Source: Synechocystis sp. PCC 6803 substr. PCC-P (GTDB taxonomy: Bacteria; Cyanobacteriota; Cyanobacteriia; Cyanobacteriales; Microcystaceae). Taken from it: a stretch of DNA of 32,000 bases. The translations under genes and the position numbers were made by a program. Below are positions 18,376 to 27,780 of this stretch, piece by piece; position 1 is the stretch's first letter, and each line of letters opens with the position of its first letter. Where the stretch lies: NCBI RefSeq assembly GCF_000284455.1, contig NC_017039.1, positions 1,980,001 through 2,012,000 on the forward strand. Direction: 5' to 3'. The notes under the pieces are model-generated. The model made no database searches, was not told where the DNA came from, and saw only the letters and a list, made by a program, of their open reading frames with translations.

Positions 18376-18504
18376 ACAAATCTGGCTAAATTTATGCCCA
18401 ACCTCGGAAACTTAAACCGAAGTCGAGCCATCTTCAATAGGCAGTGACGGCTTGCCCCCGGTCCATGGCCATTGTCCTCTGCTTCCCCCCAGCCCTAAGT
18501 TTTT

Positions 18505-19758
18505 ATGAATAACTCTGATTTCCTGTCTTTTTTCCCCGAGTCTGAAAACAATGGCCCAGCGGACGTCAACGCTGAAGAATTGGCCCTATTGTTCAATGGA
18601 TTGAATGAAGAAGTACAGGAACAGGTAAATTCCTCTGAAAATGAGGATTTCGGTGCCATGTTGGACGGCATCGAAATGTTAGAAGAAATGCTGGTGGAAA
18701 CGGAGCTAGCAGGGGAAGCGGCTCTGCAGGAAATGACCCCCTTGGAACAGGAAACGTCCGTCATGTTTGAAGGGAATGATTTGCAGTATGAAGAAGTGGA
18801 TGAAGATAATTTTGCTCCTAGTGTGCTAATTCCGCCCTTTCTCCGGGCCCATGAAGCCTTACAGGAACAGGTTGTTAGCCTAGGACAACGTTTAGCTTCT
18901 ACGGAACAGGAACTCCTGGGGCACCAGCGTCGGGCTTCCAGTGCTGAGAATTTAATTCAAGACCAGGCGATCGCCCTCACCCAAGCCCAGGAACAATTGG
19001 CCCATACGGTGGCGGAATTGCAGGTTTACCAAGAAGCGTGTAAACAACAACAGTTACAGGTGGAAACCCTGACGGAACAGCTCGCCGCCAGCCAGGATTT
19101 GATCATTGCCCAACAAAATCAGTTGCACAGTGGAGAGCATGGCAATAGCAATGAGGTAAAAATTCAAGAACTTCGCACTGAGATCAATAGTTTGAAGACG
19201 GAAAATGAACAACTAAAAGGACAGATCACTTGCCACAACTCAGAGGTGGCCCGCTTTGAACAACAACTTGCTGAACTGACTGCCCGCTTACAACGACAAC
19301 AGCGCTACGCCTTGCAATATAAATCTGCCTTGGAACAATACCTGGCCCAACCTGACCTTCTTCCCCTGGAAGCCATTGGTGAGGTGGTGGCTAACGTAAC
19401 AACCCAGTCTAAGGAAGTGAAACCCTGGGCCAGTGTGGGGGATGTGTTGGCTTCATTTACCAGGGGCAGTTCTGAGTCGGCCAGTGCTCCGGTGGCGGAT
19501 CTCACACCAGGCTTGGTAAACTTTTCCCCTTCCCCAGATAAAGAATCGGCTGGCCAGCCATCGGCAAGTAAGAAGGAGCAAAAAGAGCAAAGGAATCAGA
19601 CAGAAGAAGTTCCTTTCTCCCCTCCCGTGGAGCCGGCTAAACCCGTTGACCCTATCCCCGCCATTGACCAACTGAGTTTTGCGGTTAAGGAGCCAAAACC
19701 TTCCCGTCGCTCCATTGATTTGCCAGGCTTTTTACCCCGCTCTACGCCAATGGAGTAA
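18505..19758 (+). CDS. Hypothetical acidic coiled-coil protein with Pro-rich tail
   Basis: 417 aa. The N-terminal ~110 aa are very acidic. The central ~170 aa are Gln/Glu/Leu-rich with heptad character (QELLGHQRRASSAENLIQDQAIALTQAQEQLAHTVAELQVYQEACKQQQLQVETLTEQL...). The C-terminus is Pro/Ser/Lys-rich and ends ...RRSIDLPGFLPRSTPME. Confidence 0.7.
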   Translation: MNNSDFLSFFPESENNGPADVNAEELALLFNGLNEEVQEQVNSSENEDFGAMLDGIEMLEEMLVETELAGEAALQEMTPLEQETSVMFEGNDLQYEEVDEDNFAPSVLIPPFLRAHEALQEQVVSLGQRLASTEQELLGHQRRASSAENLIQDQAIALTQAQEQLAHTVAELQVYQEACKQQQLQVETLTEQLAASQDLIIAQQNQLHSGEHGNSNEVKIQELRTEINSLKTENEQLKGQITCHNSEVARFEQQLAELTARLQRQQRYALQYKSALEQYLAQPDLLPLEAIGEVVANVTTQSKEVKPWASVGDVLASFTRGSSESASAPVADLTPGLVNFSPSPDKESAGQPSASKKEQKEQRNQTEEVPFSPPVEPAKPVDPIPAIDQLSFAVKEPKPSRRSIDLPGFLPRSTPME

Positions 19759-19842
19759 TCTTCAACGGTAATGTTGAACAAAGACGGTAGAGATTGATTT
19801 TCTTACTGTTACTTGGGGGCAGTTTATTTTTCTTAGATATTC

Positions 19843-21222
19843 ATGAGTAATCTTTCGATCGCCGATGGGATTCGTCTCGGCATTGCAGTAGGGGTGGCCA
19901 AGACCGTTACGGCCGTGGTTAAAGCTCTGCGGTTGGGGTCTGCCAGTGTGTTACCGGGGGAAATTGCCCGTCGTCTGCACCCGAAAATGTTGGGACTGTT
20001 GGCCCAGCAGGTGTCCCAGGGGGTAATTTTAGTAGTGGGAACCAATGGCAAAACCACCACCTCGTTGCTGTTACGAAAAATTTTGGTGGATCAGGGCTAT
20101 CGAGTCACCCATAATGCCACCGGCGCTAATTTAATCAATGGTTTAATCACCGCTTTACTGGCCGATGCCAATTTATTTGGGCGTTTATCCACCGATTTCG
20201 CCATCTTAGAAGTGGATGAAAATGTACTTCCTTTGGTGTTAAAAGATTGTCAACCCAGGGCAATTTTGGCTTTGAATCTTTTCCGGGATCAATTAGACCG
20301 TTACGGCGAAGTGGATAGCATCAGTCAGCGCTGGCAAAAGGCGATCGCCCCTTTACCAGAAAACACCATTGTTGCGGTCAATGCCGACGACCCCACCCTC
20401 TCCCATCTGGGGCAAAAGTTAGCCCAACGGGTTTGTTACTTTGGCCTGAGCGAGCCGGATTTATACCTGGAAGAAATTCCCCATGCAGTGGATTCCATCT
20501 ACTGTCCCCAGTGCGGCACTTCCCTGGATTATCGGGGAGTGTACCTTTCCCATTTGGGGGATTATCAGTGTCCCAGCTGTGGATTCCAAAAAAGTCAGCC
20601 CGCTTTCCACAGCAGTAAGTGGCCCCAAATTCTCATCGGCGTTTACAACAAATACAACACCCTCGCCGCTGGTTTGGTAGCCCAACAATTGGGGGTGAAC
20701 ACAGAAAATATTTTCAACAATATCCGCAGTTTTAAAGCGGCCTTTGGGCGGGCGGAGGAATTGAACGTAGAGGGCAAACATGTCCGCATTTTGTTGTCTA
20801 AAAATCCAGTGGGTTTAAATGAAACCATCCGGGCTGTTAATGACCTCAAACTTCAGGGCCAGTGCTCCACCACTCTATTAGTGCTCAATGACCGCATTGC
20901 CGATGGCACCGATGTTTCTTGGATTTGGGATGTGGATACAGAACCCCTAGTGGCTTCCGGGGGCACTTTTGTTGTCAGTGGCGATCGCCTTTATGACATG
21001 GCACTGCGTTTGCAATATAGTCAGGAAAATTTAATTCAACCTAGCCAAGGGGAGGAACCGTGGGATGGCCACACATCAAGGCTAATTTTGGAAGAAAATC
21101 TTGAAAAAGCGGTGCAAATTGCTTTGGAGCTAACCCCAGCAGAGGAAACTCTCCATATTATTCCCACCTATACCGCCATGTTGGAAGTGCGGGGCATCCT
21201 CACTGGCCGAAAAATTCTCTAG
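19843..21222 (+). CDS. murT: MurT-like Mur-ligase family protein (lipid II isoglutaminyl synthase ligase subunit homologue)
   Basis: 459 aa. It aligns by eye along its length with MurT proteins: LPGEIARRL, the P-loop GTNGKTTT, NLFRDQLDRYGE, the Cys4 ribbon C221PQC224...C243PSC246, KNPVGLN, and the DUF1727-type tail LNDRIADGTDVSWIWDVD. Confidence 0.85.
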   Translation: MSNLSIADGIRLGIAVGVAKTVTAVVKALRLGSASVLPGEIARRLHPKMLGLLAQQVSQGVILVVGTNGKTTTSLLLRKILVDQGYRVTHNATGANLINGLITALLADANLFGRLSTDFAILEVDENVLPLVLKDCQPRAILALNLFRDQLDRYGEVDSISQRWQKAIAPLPENTIVAVNADDPTLSHLGQKLAQRVCYFGLSEPDLYLEEIPHAVDSIYCPQCGTSLDYRGVYLSHLGDYQCPSCGFQKSQPAFHSSKWPQILIGVYNKYNTLAAGLVAQQLGVNTENIFNNIRSFKAAFGRAEELNVEGKHVRILLSKNPVGLNETIRAVNDLKLQGQCSTTLLVLNDRIADGTDVSWIWDVDTEPLVASGGTFVVSGDRLYDMALRLQYSQENLIQPSQGEEPWDGHTSRLILEENLEKAVQIALELTPAEETLHIIPTYTAMLEVRGILTGRKIL

Positions 21223-21243
21223 GACTTGTTGGAGTCCCCCTGG

Positions 21244-21270
21244 CCTCCCAATGATGGGGGGGATTTCTTC
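21244..21270 (+). terminator. Possible murT terminator in the convergent murT/cobH spacer
   Basis: The stem CCTCCCA (21244..21250) pairs with TGGGGGG (21055+200..21061; that is 21255..21261) with one G-U pair and an ATGA loop. The T-rich GATTTCTTC follows. Confidence 0.3.
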
Positions 21271-21922
21271 AGCCTTCCCGCCATGCCAGCATGAGTAACG
21301 CATTGACAATACCTGCAGCCACGGGAGAACCACCTTTGTTACCCTCAACCCTTATTTGCGGGCAAGGTAGTAAGGACAAGGCTTTTTTCGCTTCTAAAAC
21401 CCCAATGAAACCTACCGGAACACCAATAACTAGGGCCGGTTTTGCTTTACCTGCGGCGATCGCCTGACAGAGGGTTAACAAGGCGGTGGGGGCATTGCCG
21501 ATGACATAGATAGCTTCGGGAAATTGGGCAATACAGCGGTCCATGCCGGTTTCGGTGCGGGTTTTGCCTGGGTCAGCGATGGTAGCAAAATCGATCGCCG
21601 TTTGGATTGGATTGTTAAAAGTGCGCTGGACTAAACCTTGGATGCCCTGTTTGACCATATTCACATCCACCACAATGGTTTGACCGTGGCGCAAACTTTC
21701 TATTCCCCTGGCGATCGCCTGATGTTCCGGCAGATCTGGATCAAACTCAGCCTGGGGTAAATCCGGAGCAAAACGGAGTAAATGCAAAAAATCAAAATCC
21801 GCTGTGCTGTGGATCACCCGGCGGGCAATGGCATACTCCTGGGAAGATAAATTATGGGGCCCCACAGAACGGTCAATGTGGGCAAAACTTTCTAGCAAAA
21901 TCGGATGTTCTAGGGGAATCAT
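21269..21922 (-). CDS. cobH: Precorrin-8X methylmutase (CobH/CbiC)
   Basis: 217 aa. Family motifs are VIHSTADFDF, VIGNAPTAL and the VGF...K context. The start ATG overlaps the upstream gene's TGA (ATGA at 21919..21922). Confidence 0.9.
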   Translation of the reverse strand: MIPLEHPILLESFAHIDRSVGPHNLSSQEYAIARRVIHSTADFDFLHLLRFAPDLPQAEFDPDLPEHQAIARGIESLRHGQTIVVDVNMVKQGIQGLVQRTFNNPIQTAIDFATIADPGKTRTETGMDRCIAQFPEAIYVIGNAPTALLTLCQAIAAGKAKPALVIGVPVGFIGVLEAKKALSLLPCPQIRVEGNKGGSPVAAGIVNALLMLAWREG

Positions 21923-23493
21923 TGGCGATTAGATTCCGGTAAAATCCGACCAATGGTACTGTTTTCTGGACGAAAAGTTTCTTGGGCCACCCGTTGAATA
22001 TCCTCCGGTGTCACTGCGGCGATCGCCTCTAAGCGGGCAAACAAATTACGCCAATCCCCGGTGCGGACGTTATATTTCACCAACAGTTGGGCCATGCCCA
22101 TATTGGAATTGAGGGATTGCAAAGCGGAAGTTTGCAGTAAATTTTGGGCCCGCTCCAATTCCTCCGGGGTAACGGGTTCCATTTTTAGCCGTTCAATTTC
22201 CCCGTGTAACGCCTCGCTAAGGTCGTCCAAACTGCGACCGGGGGCACTCTGGGCATAGAACATTAACAAATTGGGAAATTTATCCGCCGGAAAACCGTTA
22301 AAGCCCTGGGCCATCAATGCCAACTGTTTTTCTTCCACTAGGGATTGATAAAGGCGGGAAGTGCGGCCACTGCTCAAAATAGTCGTCATCACATCAAACA
22401 CCGCACTGTCGGGATCATCAAAAGCGGGGCTATGGTAACCCTCGAAGTACCAGGGTTGGGAAGGCAAGGTCAGATTAATTTCCTTCTGCTGCGTCTGGGG
22501 AGGCTCCACCACCGTTACCTGGGGCGTAGGGGGACGCTGGGGGAAACGACCAAAATATTTCTGCGCCAAACTTTTTACCTGGTCAACCTTCACGTCTCCC
22601 ACCACGGCAATGGTCATGTTACCGGGGATGTAATATTTCTCGTAAAAATCCGTCACGTCCTGGCGGGAAAGATTGCGGATATCTTCGTCATAGCCAATCA
22701 CCGGGCGGCGGTAGGGATGTTTGGTAAAAGCCGTATCTAAAAATTCCTCCACCATTTGCCCCACTGGGTTATTTTCGGTCCGCATGCGCCGCTCTTCCAG
22801 AATCACCTCCTGCTCTTGGTAAAATTCCCGAAATACCGGCTCCAAAAAGCGCTCCGACTCTAGAGACATCCACAGTTCCAGCTTGTTAGAAGGCAAACTG
22901 TAAAAGTAAAAAGTAGCATCGGCACTGGTGGCCGCATTTAAACCCACGCCCCCGGCCATCTGGATAATCTGACCAAATTCGTTCTGCTTGATTAAATCCT
23001 GGGCCTGCTGTTGGATTTGCTTAAATTGCTCCTGTAACTTTTGTTCCCCCGTCTTATCTCCTTTAGCCCTGGCAGTGGTGATTTGGGCAAACACTTGGTC
23101 TAACTGATCCAACAACTGTTGTTCCTGGGTAAAATCCTTAGTGCCAATGCGTTCCGTTCCCTTAAACGCCATGTGTTCCAAAAAGTGGGCCACCCCAGTT
23201 TTTCCCACTGGTTCGTCCACGCCCCCCACGTCAAAATAGGTGTAAAAAGACACCACTGGAGCCTCATTATTTTCCATCACAATAAATTTCAAGCCATTAT
23301 CCAGTTGAAATTCCGTTATCCTCTGGATCGCCCGGTTGAGGTAGGGAGTCAGGGTTTGGCTATTGCGGTTATTGGTCGGGGCCAAGTCAGCGGCGATCGC
23401 CGGATGGGACCAAAGCCCGGGTCCATGGAGAACCAATATTAGGGCAGTGACCAATAGACAACGGGATAGAGAACGGAACACAAGCAGAGGCAT
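21919..23493 (-). CDS. Secreted/periplasmic M16 (insulinase/pitrilysin) family zinc peptidase
   Basis: The inverted zinc motif HFLEHMAFKGT (HxxEH) is present, followed by two M16 domains. The track ORF begins at 23583. I prefer ATG 23493, which gives a classical signal peptide MPLLVFRSLSRCLLVTALILVLHGPGLWSHPAIA/AD. Confidence 0.85.
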   Translation of the reverse strand: MPLLVFRSLSRCLLVTALILVLHGPGLWSHPAIAADLAPTNNRNSQTLTPYLNRAIQRITEFQLDNGLKFIVMENNEAPVVSFYTYFDVGGVDEPVGKTGVAHFLEHMAFKGTERIGTKDFTQEQQLLDQLDQVFAQITTARAKGDKTGEQKLQEQFKQIQQQAQDLIKQNEFGQIIQMAGGVGLNAATSADATFYFYSLPSNKLELWMSLESERFLEPVFREFYQEQEVILEERRMRTENNPVGQMVEEFLDTAFTKHPYRRPVIGYDEDIRNLSRQDVTDFYEKYYIPGNMTIAVVGDVKVDQVKSLAQKYFGRFPQRPPTPQVTVVEPPQTQQKEINLTLPSQPWYFEGYHSPAFDDPDSAVFDVMTTILSSGRTSRLYQSLVEEKQLALMAQGFNGFPADKFPNLLMFYAQSAPGRSLDDLSEALHGEIERLKMEPVTPEELERAQNLLQTSALQSLNSNMGMAQLLVKYNVRTGDWRNLFARLEAIAAVTPEDIQRVAQETFRPENSTIGRILPESNRQ

Positions 23494-23653
23494 GGGGAAA
23501 ATGAATAACCAACGCAAACTATTTATAGCAACTACTTTAGATGATCTGGGCTGACAACCTTGGCGCTTGCCGGGAGGGATCAATCAACATTAAAATTTGT
23601 AACAGTGCCGATTTAGCGGGCCAGTCAAAGTCAAATCAAAGGGTAAAGCCGAA

Positions 23654-25123
23654 ATGCGTGTTGCAATTGTGGGAGCAGGATTGGCGGGAATGGCCACCGC
23701 AGTGGAATTGGTAGATGCGGGGCACGAAGTTGAACTGTACGAAGCCCGTAGTTTCATCGGCGGTAAAGTGGGCAGTTGGGTGGACGGCGACGGTAATCAC
23801 ATTGAAATGGGTCTGCACGTTTTCTTTGGCTGTTACTACAACCTTTTTAACCTGATGGAAAAGGTGGGGGCCAAGCAAAATCTACGGCTCAAGGAACATA
23901 CCCACACCTTTGTTAACCAAGGGGGCCGCATTGGTGAACTGGACTTTCGTTTCCTCACCGGTGCTCCCTTTAACGGTCTGAAAGCATTTTTCACCACGTC
24001 CCAACTGGATACCAAAGATAAAATTGCCAACTCCATCGCCCTGGCCACCAGTCCCATTGTGCGGGGTTTAGTGGACTTTGACGGAGCCATGAAAACCATC
24101 CGGGATTTGGACAGAATTAGTTTTGCGGAATGGTTCCTCAGCAAAGGTGGCAACGAAGGTAGTTTGAAAAAAATGTGGGACCCGATCGCCTACGCGTTGG
24201 GTTTTATCGATACGGAAAATATTTCTGCCCGCTGTATGCTGACCATTTTCCAACTGTTTGCCGCCCGCACAGAAGCATCAGTGTTGCGGATGTTGGAAGG
24301 TTCCCCCCAGGAATATTTACACAAACCCATTCAGGAATATTTGGAACAACGGGGCACCAAGTTTTACACCAGGCACAAAGTTAAGGAAATCAAGACCAAA
24401 GTTACGGACGGGGAAACCAGGGTAACAGGATTAATTATCAATGACGGCGTGGAAACCAAAACCGTAACCGCCGATGCTTATGTAGCCGCCTGTGACGTGC
24501 CGGGTATTAAAAATCTGTTGCCGGAAAATTGGCGCACCCAATGGGATTTTTTCAACAAAATTTACTATTTAGACACTGTCCCCGTGGCCACGGTGCAACT
24601 GCGCTTTGACGGTTGGGTTACGGAAATGAACGATCCCGCTAAACGCAAACAGTTGGAACAAGCCTTTGGCTTAGATAATTTGCTCTACACCAGCGACGCA
24701 GAGTTTTCCTGTTTTGCCGACCTCGCCCTCACTAGCCCCGCCGACTATTACCGCCCAGGGGAAGGTTCCCTATTACAACTGGTATTGACCCCCGGTGACC
24801 CTTTTATGAAAGAATCCAACGAGGCGATCGCCTATCGGGTACTCAAACAAGTCAAAGCCCTTTTCCCCTCAGCGGCGGATTTGAATATGACTTGGTACAG
24901 CGTAATTAAACTAGCCCAATCTTTGTACCGGGAAGCACCGGGCATGGACCTGTTCCGCCCCAGCCAAGCAACCCCCATAGCCAACTTCTTTTTAGCCGGT
25001 AGCTACACCCAACAGGATTACATCGATAGTATGGAGGGGGCCACCCTGTCCGGTCGTCAAGCGGCCCAGGCGATTTTGGCCAACCAAGCCCGTTTGCAAA
25101 CTGCAGTCCTGGCATCTCAGTAA
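23654..25123 (+). CDS. crtQ: Zeta-carotene desaturase
   Basis: 489 aa. The N-terminal FAD dinucleotide fold reads [37 protein letters not shown]. The plant-type PDS/ZDS family architecture runs to the C-terminal [15 protein letters not shown]. Confidence 0.95.
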   Translation: MRVAIVGAGLAGMATAVELVDAGHEVELYEARSFIGGKVGSWVDGDGNHIEMGLHVFFGCYYNLFNLMEKVGAKQNLRLKEHTHTFVNQGGRIGELDFRFLTGAPFNGLKAFFTTSQLDTKDKIANSIALATSPIVRGLVDFDGAMKTIRDLDRISFAEWFLSKGGNEGSLKKMWDPIAYALGFIDTENISARCMLTIFQLFAARTEASVLRMLEGSPQEYLHKPIQEYLEQRGTKFYTRHKVKEIKTKVTDGETRVTGLIINDGVETKTVTADAYVAACDVPGIKNLLPENWRTQWDFFNKIYYLDTVPVATVQLRFDGWVTEMNDPAKRKQLEQAFGLDNLLYTSDAEFSCFADLALTSPADYYRPGEGSLLQLVLTPGDPFMKESNEAIAYRVLKQVKALFPSAADLNMTWYSVIKLAQSLYREAPGMDLFRPSQATPIANFFLAGSYTQQDYIDSMEGATLSGRQAAQAILANQARLQTAVLASQ

Positions 25124-25147
25124 TTTTGGTAAACATCGGCAAAACCC

Positions 25148-25591
25148 ATGGCTAATTGGTTAGAACATAGCGTGCAAGTGGAAGTGGATGCCCCCATCGA
25201 ATTGGTGTGGCAACTGTGGTCTGACCTGGAGCAGATGCCCCGCTGGATGAAATGGATCGATTCCGTCAAAGTACTGGAAGACAATCCCGACCTTTCCCGC
25301 TGGAAGTTGGCCAGTGGCAGTTTGGAATTCACCTGGTTGTCCCGGATTACTAAGTTAATTTCCCAACAAATAATCCAATGGGAATCGGTGGATGGTTTAC
25401 CCAACCGGGGCGCAGTGCGTTTTTATGACCGCCATGGCAAAAGCATTGTCCGCCTCACCATTGCCTATAGCGTCCCAGGCTGGTTGGCATTGCTAATGGA
25501 TAATCTCTTCCTCGGTCGGGTGGTGGAATCCACTATTCAAGCTGACTTGGAACGATTTCGGGAATATATCAATAATTTGCAGGCTTCCTGA
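25148..25591 (+). CDS. SRPBCC (polyketide cyclase/dehydrase, START-like) family protein
   Basis: 147 aa. VEVDAPIELVWQLWSDLEQMPRWMKWI is the typical N-terminal strand-helix of SRPBCC proteins. The gene starts 24 nt after the crtQ stop. Confidence 0.75.
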   Translation: MANWLEHSVQVEVDAPIELVWQLWSDLEQMPRWMKWIDSVKVLEDNPDLSRWKLASGSLEFTWLSRITKLISQQIIQWESVDGLPNRGAVRFYDRHGKSIVRLTIAYSVPGWLALLMDNLFLGRVVESTIQADLERFREYINNLQAS

Positions 25592-25635
25592 GGTAAGTTT
25601 GCGCTGAATAGTAGAACTAAGGCTAATGGTGCCGA

Positions 25636-25842
25636 TTACTGATCAACATTGAAAGGATTAAGTAAACAAACTCCCGTAGCAACAAAATCCTTCACATTGC
25701 GAGTAATTGGGAATGTCGGGTTTGGTTGTTTGGATTAATCACTTAATCGGATGGAGAAATCTTGCAGAGATTCATCGTAAACCTGAACCAAAGAAGACAC
25801 AGGCTTGAAATTTGACCAAACGCTGTCTAAATAAGTGAAAAT
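25636..25842 (-). pseudogene. Possible decayed PIN-domain (VapC-like) toxin remnant
   Basis: My minus-strand translation is ...IFTYLDSVWSNFKPVSSLVQVYDESLQDFSIRLSD*SKQPNPTFPITRNVKDFVATGVCLLNPFNVDQ*. The last ~28 codons resemble the conserved PIN C-terminus (..LvTrN.kDF....gl.l.NPf). The frame is broken by an in-frame stop at 25735..25737 and is far too short for an intact ~130-aa PIN domain. Confidence 0.25.
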
Positions 25843-25878
25843 TTAGGTACTGTGCAGAGTTTCAATAGGATAAATTCA

Positions 25879-26835
25879 ATGAAATATTTCCCTTTGAGCA
25901 ATGGGGAGCAGATTCCCGCCCTGGGTCTGGGAACATGGAAATCGTCCCCTCAGGTAGTGGGTCAAGCCGTTGAGCAAGCTTTGGACTTGGGGTATCGTCA
26001 CCTTGACTGTGCTGCTATCTATGGCAATGAAGCAGAAATTGGAGCTACTTTAGCCAATGCTTTCACCAAGGGGGTGGTCAAGCGAGAGGAACTCTGGATT
26101 ACCTCCAAGCTGTGGAGTAATGCCCATCATCCCGACGCGGTTTTACCTGCTCTCGAAAAAACTTTGCAGGATTTGGGTCTAGATTATTTGGATCTATATC
26201 TAATCCATTGGCCGGTGGTCATTCAACCCGATGTTGGATTTCCTGAATCCGGTGATCAGTTACTACCATTTACCCCGGCTTCCCTAGAAGGAACCTGGCA
26301 AGCGTTGGAGAAGGCCGTTGATTTGGGACTCTGTCACCATATTGGGGTGTCTAATTTCAGCCTGAAGAAGTTGGAAATGGTGCTGTCCATGGCCCGTATT
26401 CCCCCCGCTGTCAATCAGGTGGAATTGCACCCCTACCTCCAACAATCAGACTTGCTAACGTTTGCTAACTCGCAAAACATTTTACTAACAGCCTATTCTC
26501 CCCTGGGCTCTGGCGATCGCCCGGCGGCCTTCCAACAAGCAGCAGAACCGAAATTACTAACTGATCCAGTGATTAATGGGATTGCAGCTGAACAAGGGTG
26601 CAGTGCGGCCCAAGTCCTTTTGGCCTGGGCCATTCAACGGGGAACCGTGACCATTCCGAAGTCGGTTAATCCTGAACGACTAGAACAAAATTTGAGGGCG
26701 GCAGATATCACCCTCACGGATAGCGAGATGGCGAAAATTGCCCTATTAGACCGTCATTACCGCTACGTGTCGGGAGACTTTTGGACCATGCCGGGCAGTC
26801 CCTATACGTTACAAAACCTATGGGATGAAATTTAA
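25879..26835 (+). CDS. Aldo/keto reductase (NADPH-dependent)
   Basis: The track ORF starts at GTG 25852. ATG 25879 (MKYFPLSNGEQIPALGLGTWK) matches typical AKR N-termini. The catalytic tetrad contexts are present: D in HLDCA, Y in AAIYGNE, K in ITSKLW, H in IHWP. Confidence 0.9.
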   Translation: MKYFPLSNGEQIPALGLGTWKSSPQVVGQAVEQALDLGYRHLDCAAIYGNEAEIGATLANAFTKGVVKREELWITSKLWSNAHHPDAVLPALEKTLQDLGLDYLDLYLIHWPVVIQPDVGFPESGDQLLPFTPASLEGTWQALEKAVDLGLCHHIGVSNFSLKKLEMVLSMARIPPAVNQVELHPYLQQSDLLTFANSQNILLTAYSPLGSGDRPAAFQQAAEPKLLTDPVINGIAAEQGCSAAQVLLAWAIQRGTVTIPKSVNPERLEQNLRAADITLTDSEMAKIALLDRHYRYVSGDFWTMPGSPYTLQNLWDEI

Positions 26836-26880
26836 ACCTTAAGATATTACAGAAACTTATCGCAGAGGGAAGAAAGCGTG

Positions 26881-27780
26881 ATGACTCTCGAACCAAACCA
26901 GGAACAACTGAAAAAAATGAAATCCCATCCTGGTTTCATTGCCGCCCTAGACCAAAGCGGTGGTAGTACTCCAGGGGCGTTGGCCGATTATGGAATCGAA
27001 CCCAATACCTATTCTGGTGACGACCAAATGTTCGCACTGGTGCATCAAATGCGGACCAGGATCATGACCAGTCCCGGCTTCACTGGCGATCGGATTTTGG
27101 CCGCAATCCTGTTCGAGGACACCATGAACCGGGAGGTTGATGGGGAGCCCACGGCCAACTACCTTTGGCAAAACAAACAAATCGTACCGATTTTGAAGGT
27201 AGACAAAGGACTGGCCCAAGAGAAGGATGGGAGCCAATTGATGAAGCCCATTCCCCAGCTTGACAGTCTGCTAATGAAGGCCAAGAAAAAAGGCATCTTC
27301 GGTACCAAAATGCGGTCATTTATCAAACATGCCAATCCCGCCGGTATCGAGGCGATCGTGGACCAGCAATTCGAGCTAGCCCAGCAAATTATTGCCGCTG
27401 GCCTGGTGCCGATTATTGAGCCCGAAGTAGATATTCACTGCTCGGAGAAAGCTCAGGCGGAAGCGTTACTCAAACAAGCCATGCTGAAACATCTCAACCA
27501 ATTACCCAAAGGACAGTGGGTGATGCTCAAACTCACTCTGCCGGAGCAAGACAACCTTTATAGCAATTGCATCGAACATGCCAATGTCTTGAGAGTGGTT
27601 GCTTTGTCGGGGGGCTACTCCCAAGCGGAAGCTAATGAGCGTCTAAGCAGGAATCACGGTGTCATAGCAAGCTTTTCACGAGCTTTGACTGAGGGACTAA
27701 CGGCCCAACAAACTGATGCTGAGTTCAACACCATGTTGGACGAATCCATTGAAAAAATCTATCAGGCATCGATTACGTAG
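26881..27780 (+). CDS. fda: Fructose-bisphosphate aldolase, class I
   Basis: GTG 26878 is followed directly by ATG 26881. [12 protein letters not shown] and the Schiff-base lysine context PILKVDKG are typical of bacterial class I FBA. Confidence 0.9.
   Translation: MTLEPNQEQLKKMKSHPGFIAALDQSGGSTPGALADYGIEPNTYSGDDQMFALVHQMRTRIMTSPGFTGDRILAAILFEDTMNREVDGEPTANYLWQNKQIVPILKVDKGLAQEKDGSQLMKPIPQLDSLLMKAKKKGIFGTKMRSFIKHANPAGIEAIVDQQFELAQQIIAAGLVPIIEPEVDIHCSEKAQAEALLKQAMLKHLNQLPKGQWVMLKLTLPEQDNLYSNCIEHANVLRVVALSGGYSQAEANERLSRNHGVIASFSRALTEGLTAQQTDAEFNTMLDESIEKIYQASIT

Noticed and set aside
18087-18764. Minus-strand ORFs of 116 and 89 aa
   Set aside because: They are antisense to nadC and to the coiled-coil gene respectively, with no independent support.
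19761-19778. Hairpin TTCAAC-ggtaat-GTTGAA after the coiled-coil gene as a terminator
   Set aside because: The stem is a 6-bp AT-rich stem with no following U-tract. It is too weak to call.
23494-23583. 30-codon extension of the M16 peptidase ORF
   Set aside because: The downstream ATG gives a textbook signal peptide ending in an AxA site. The extension would bury that peptide.
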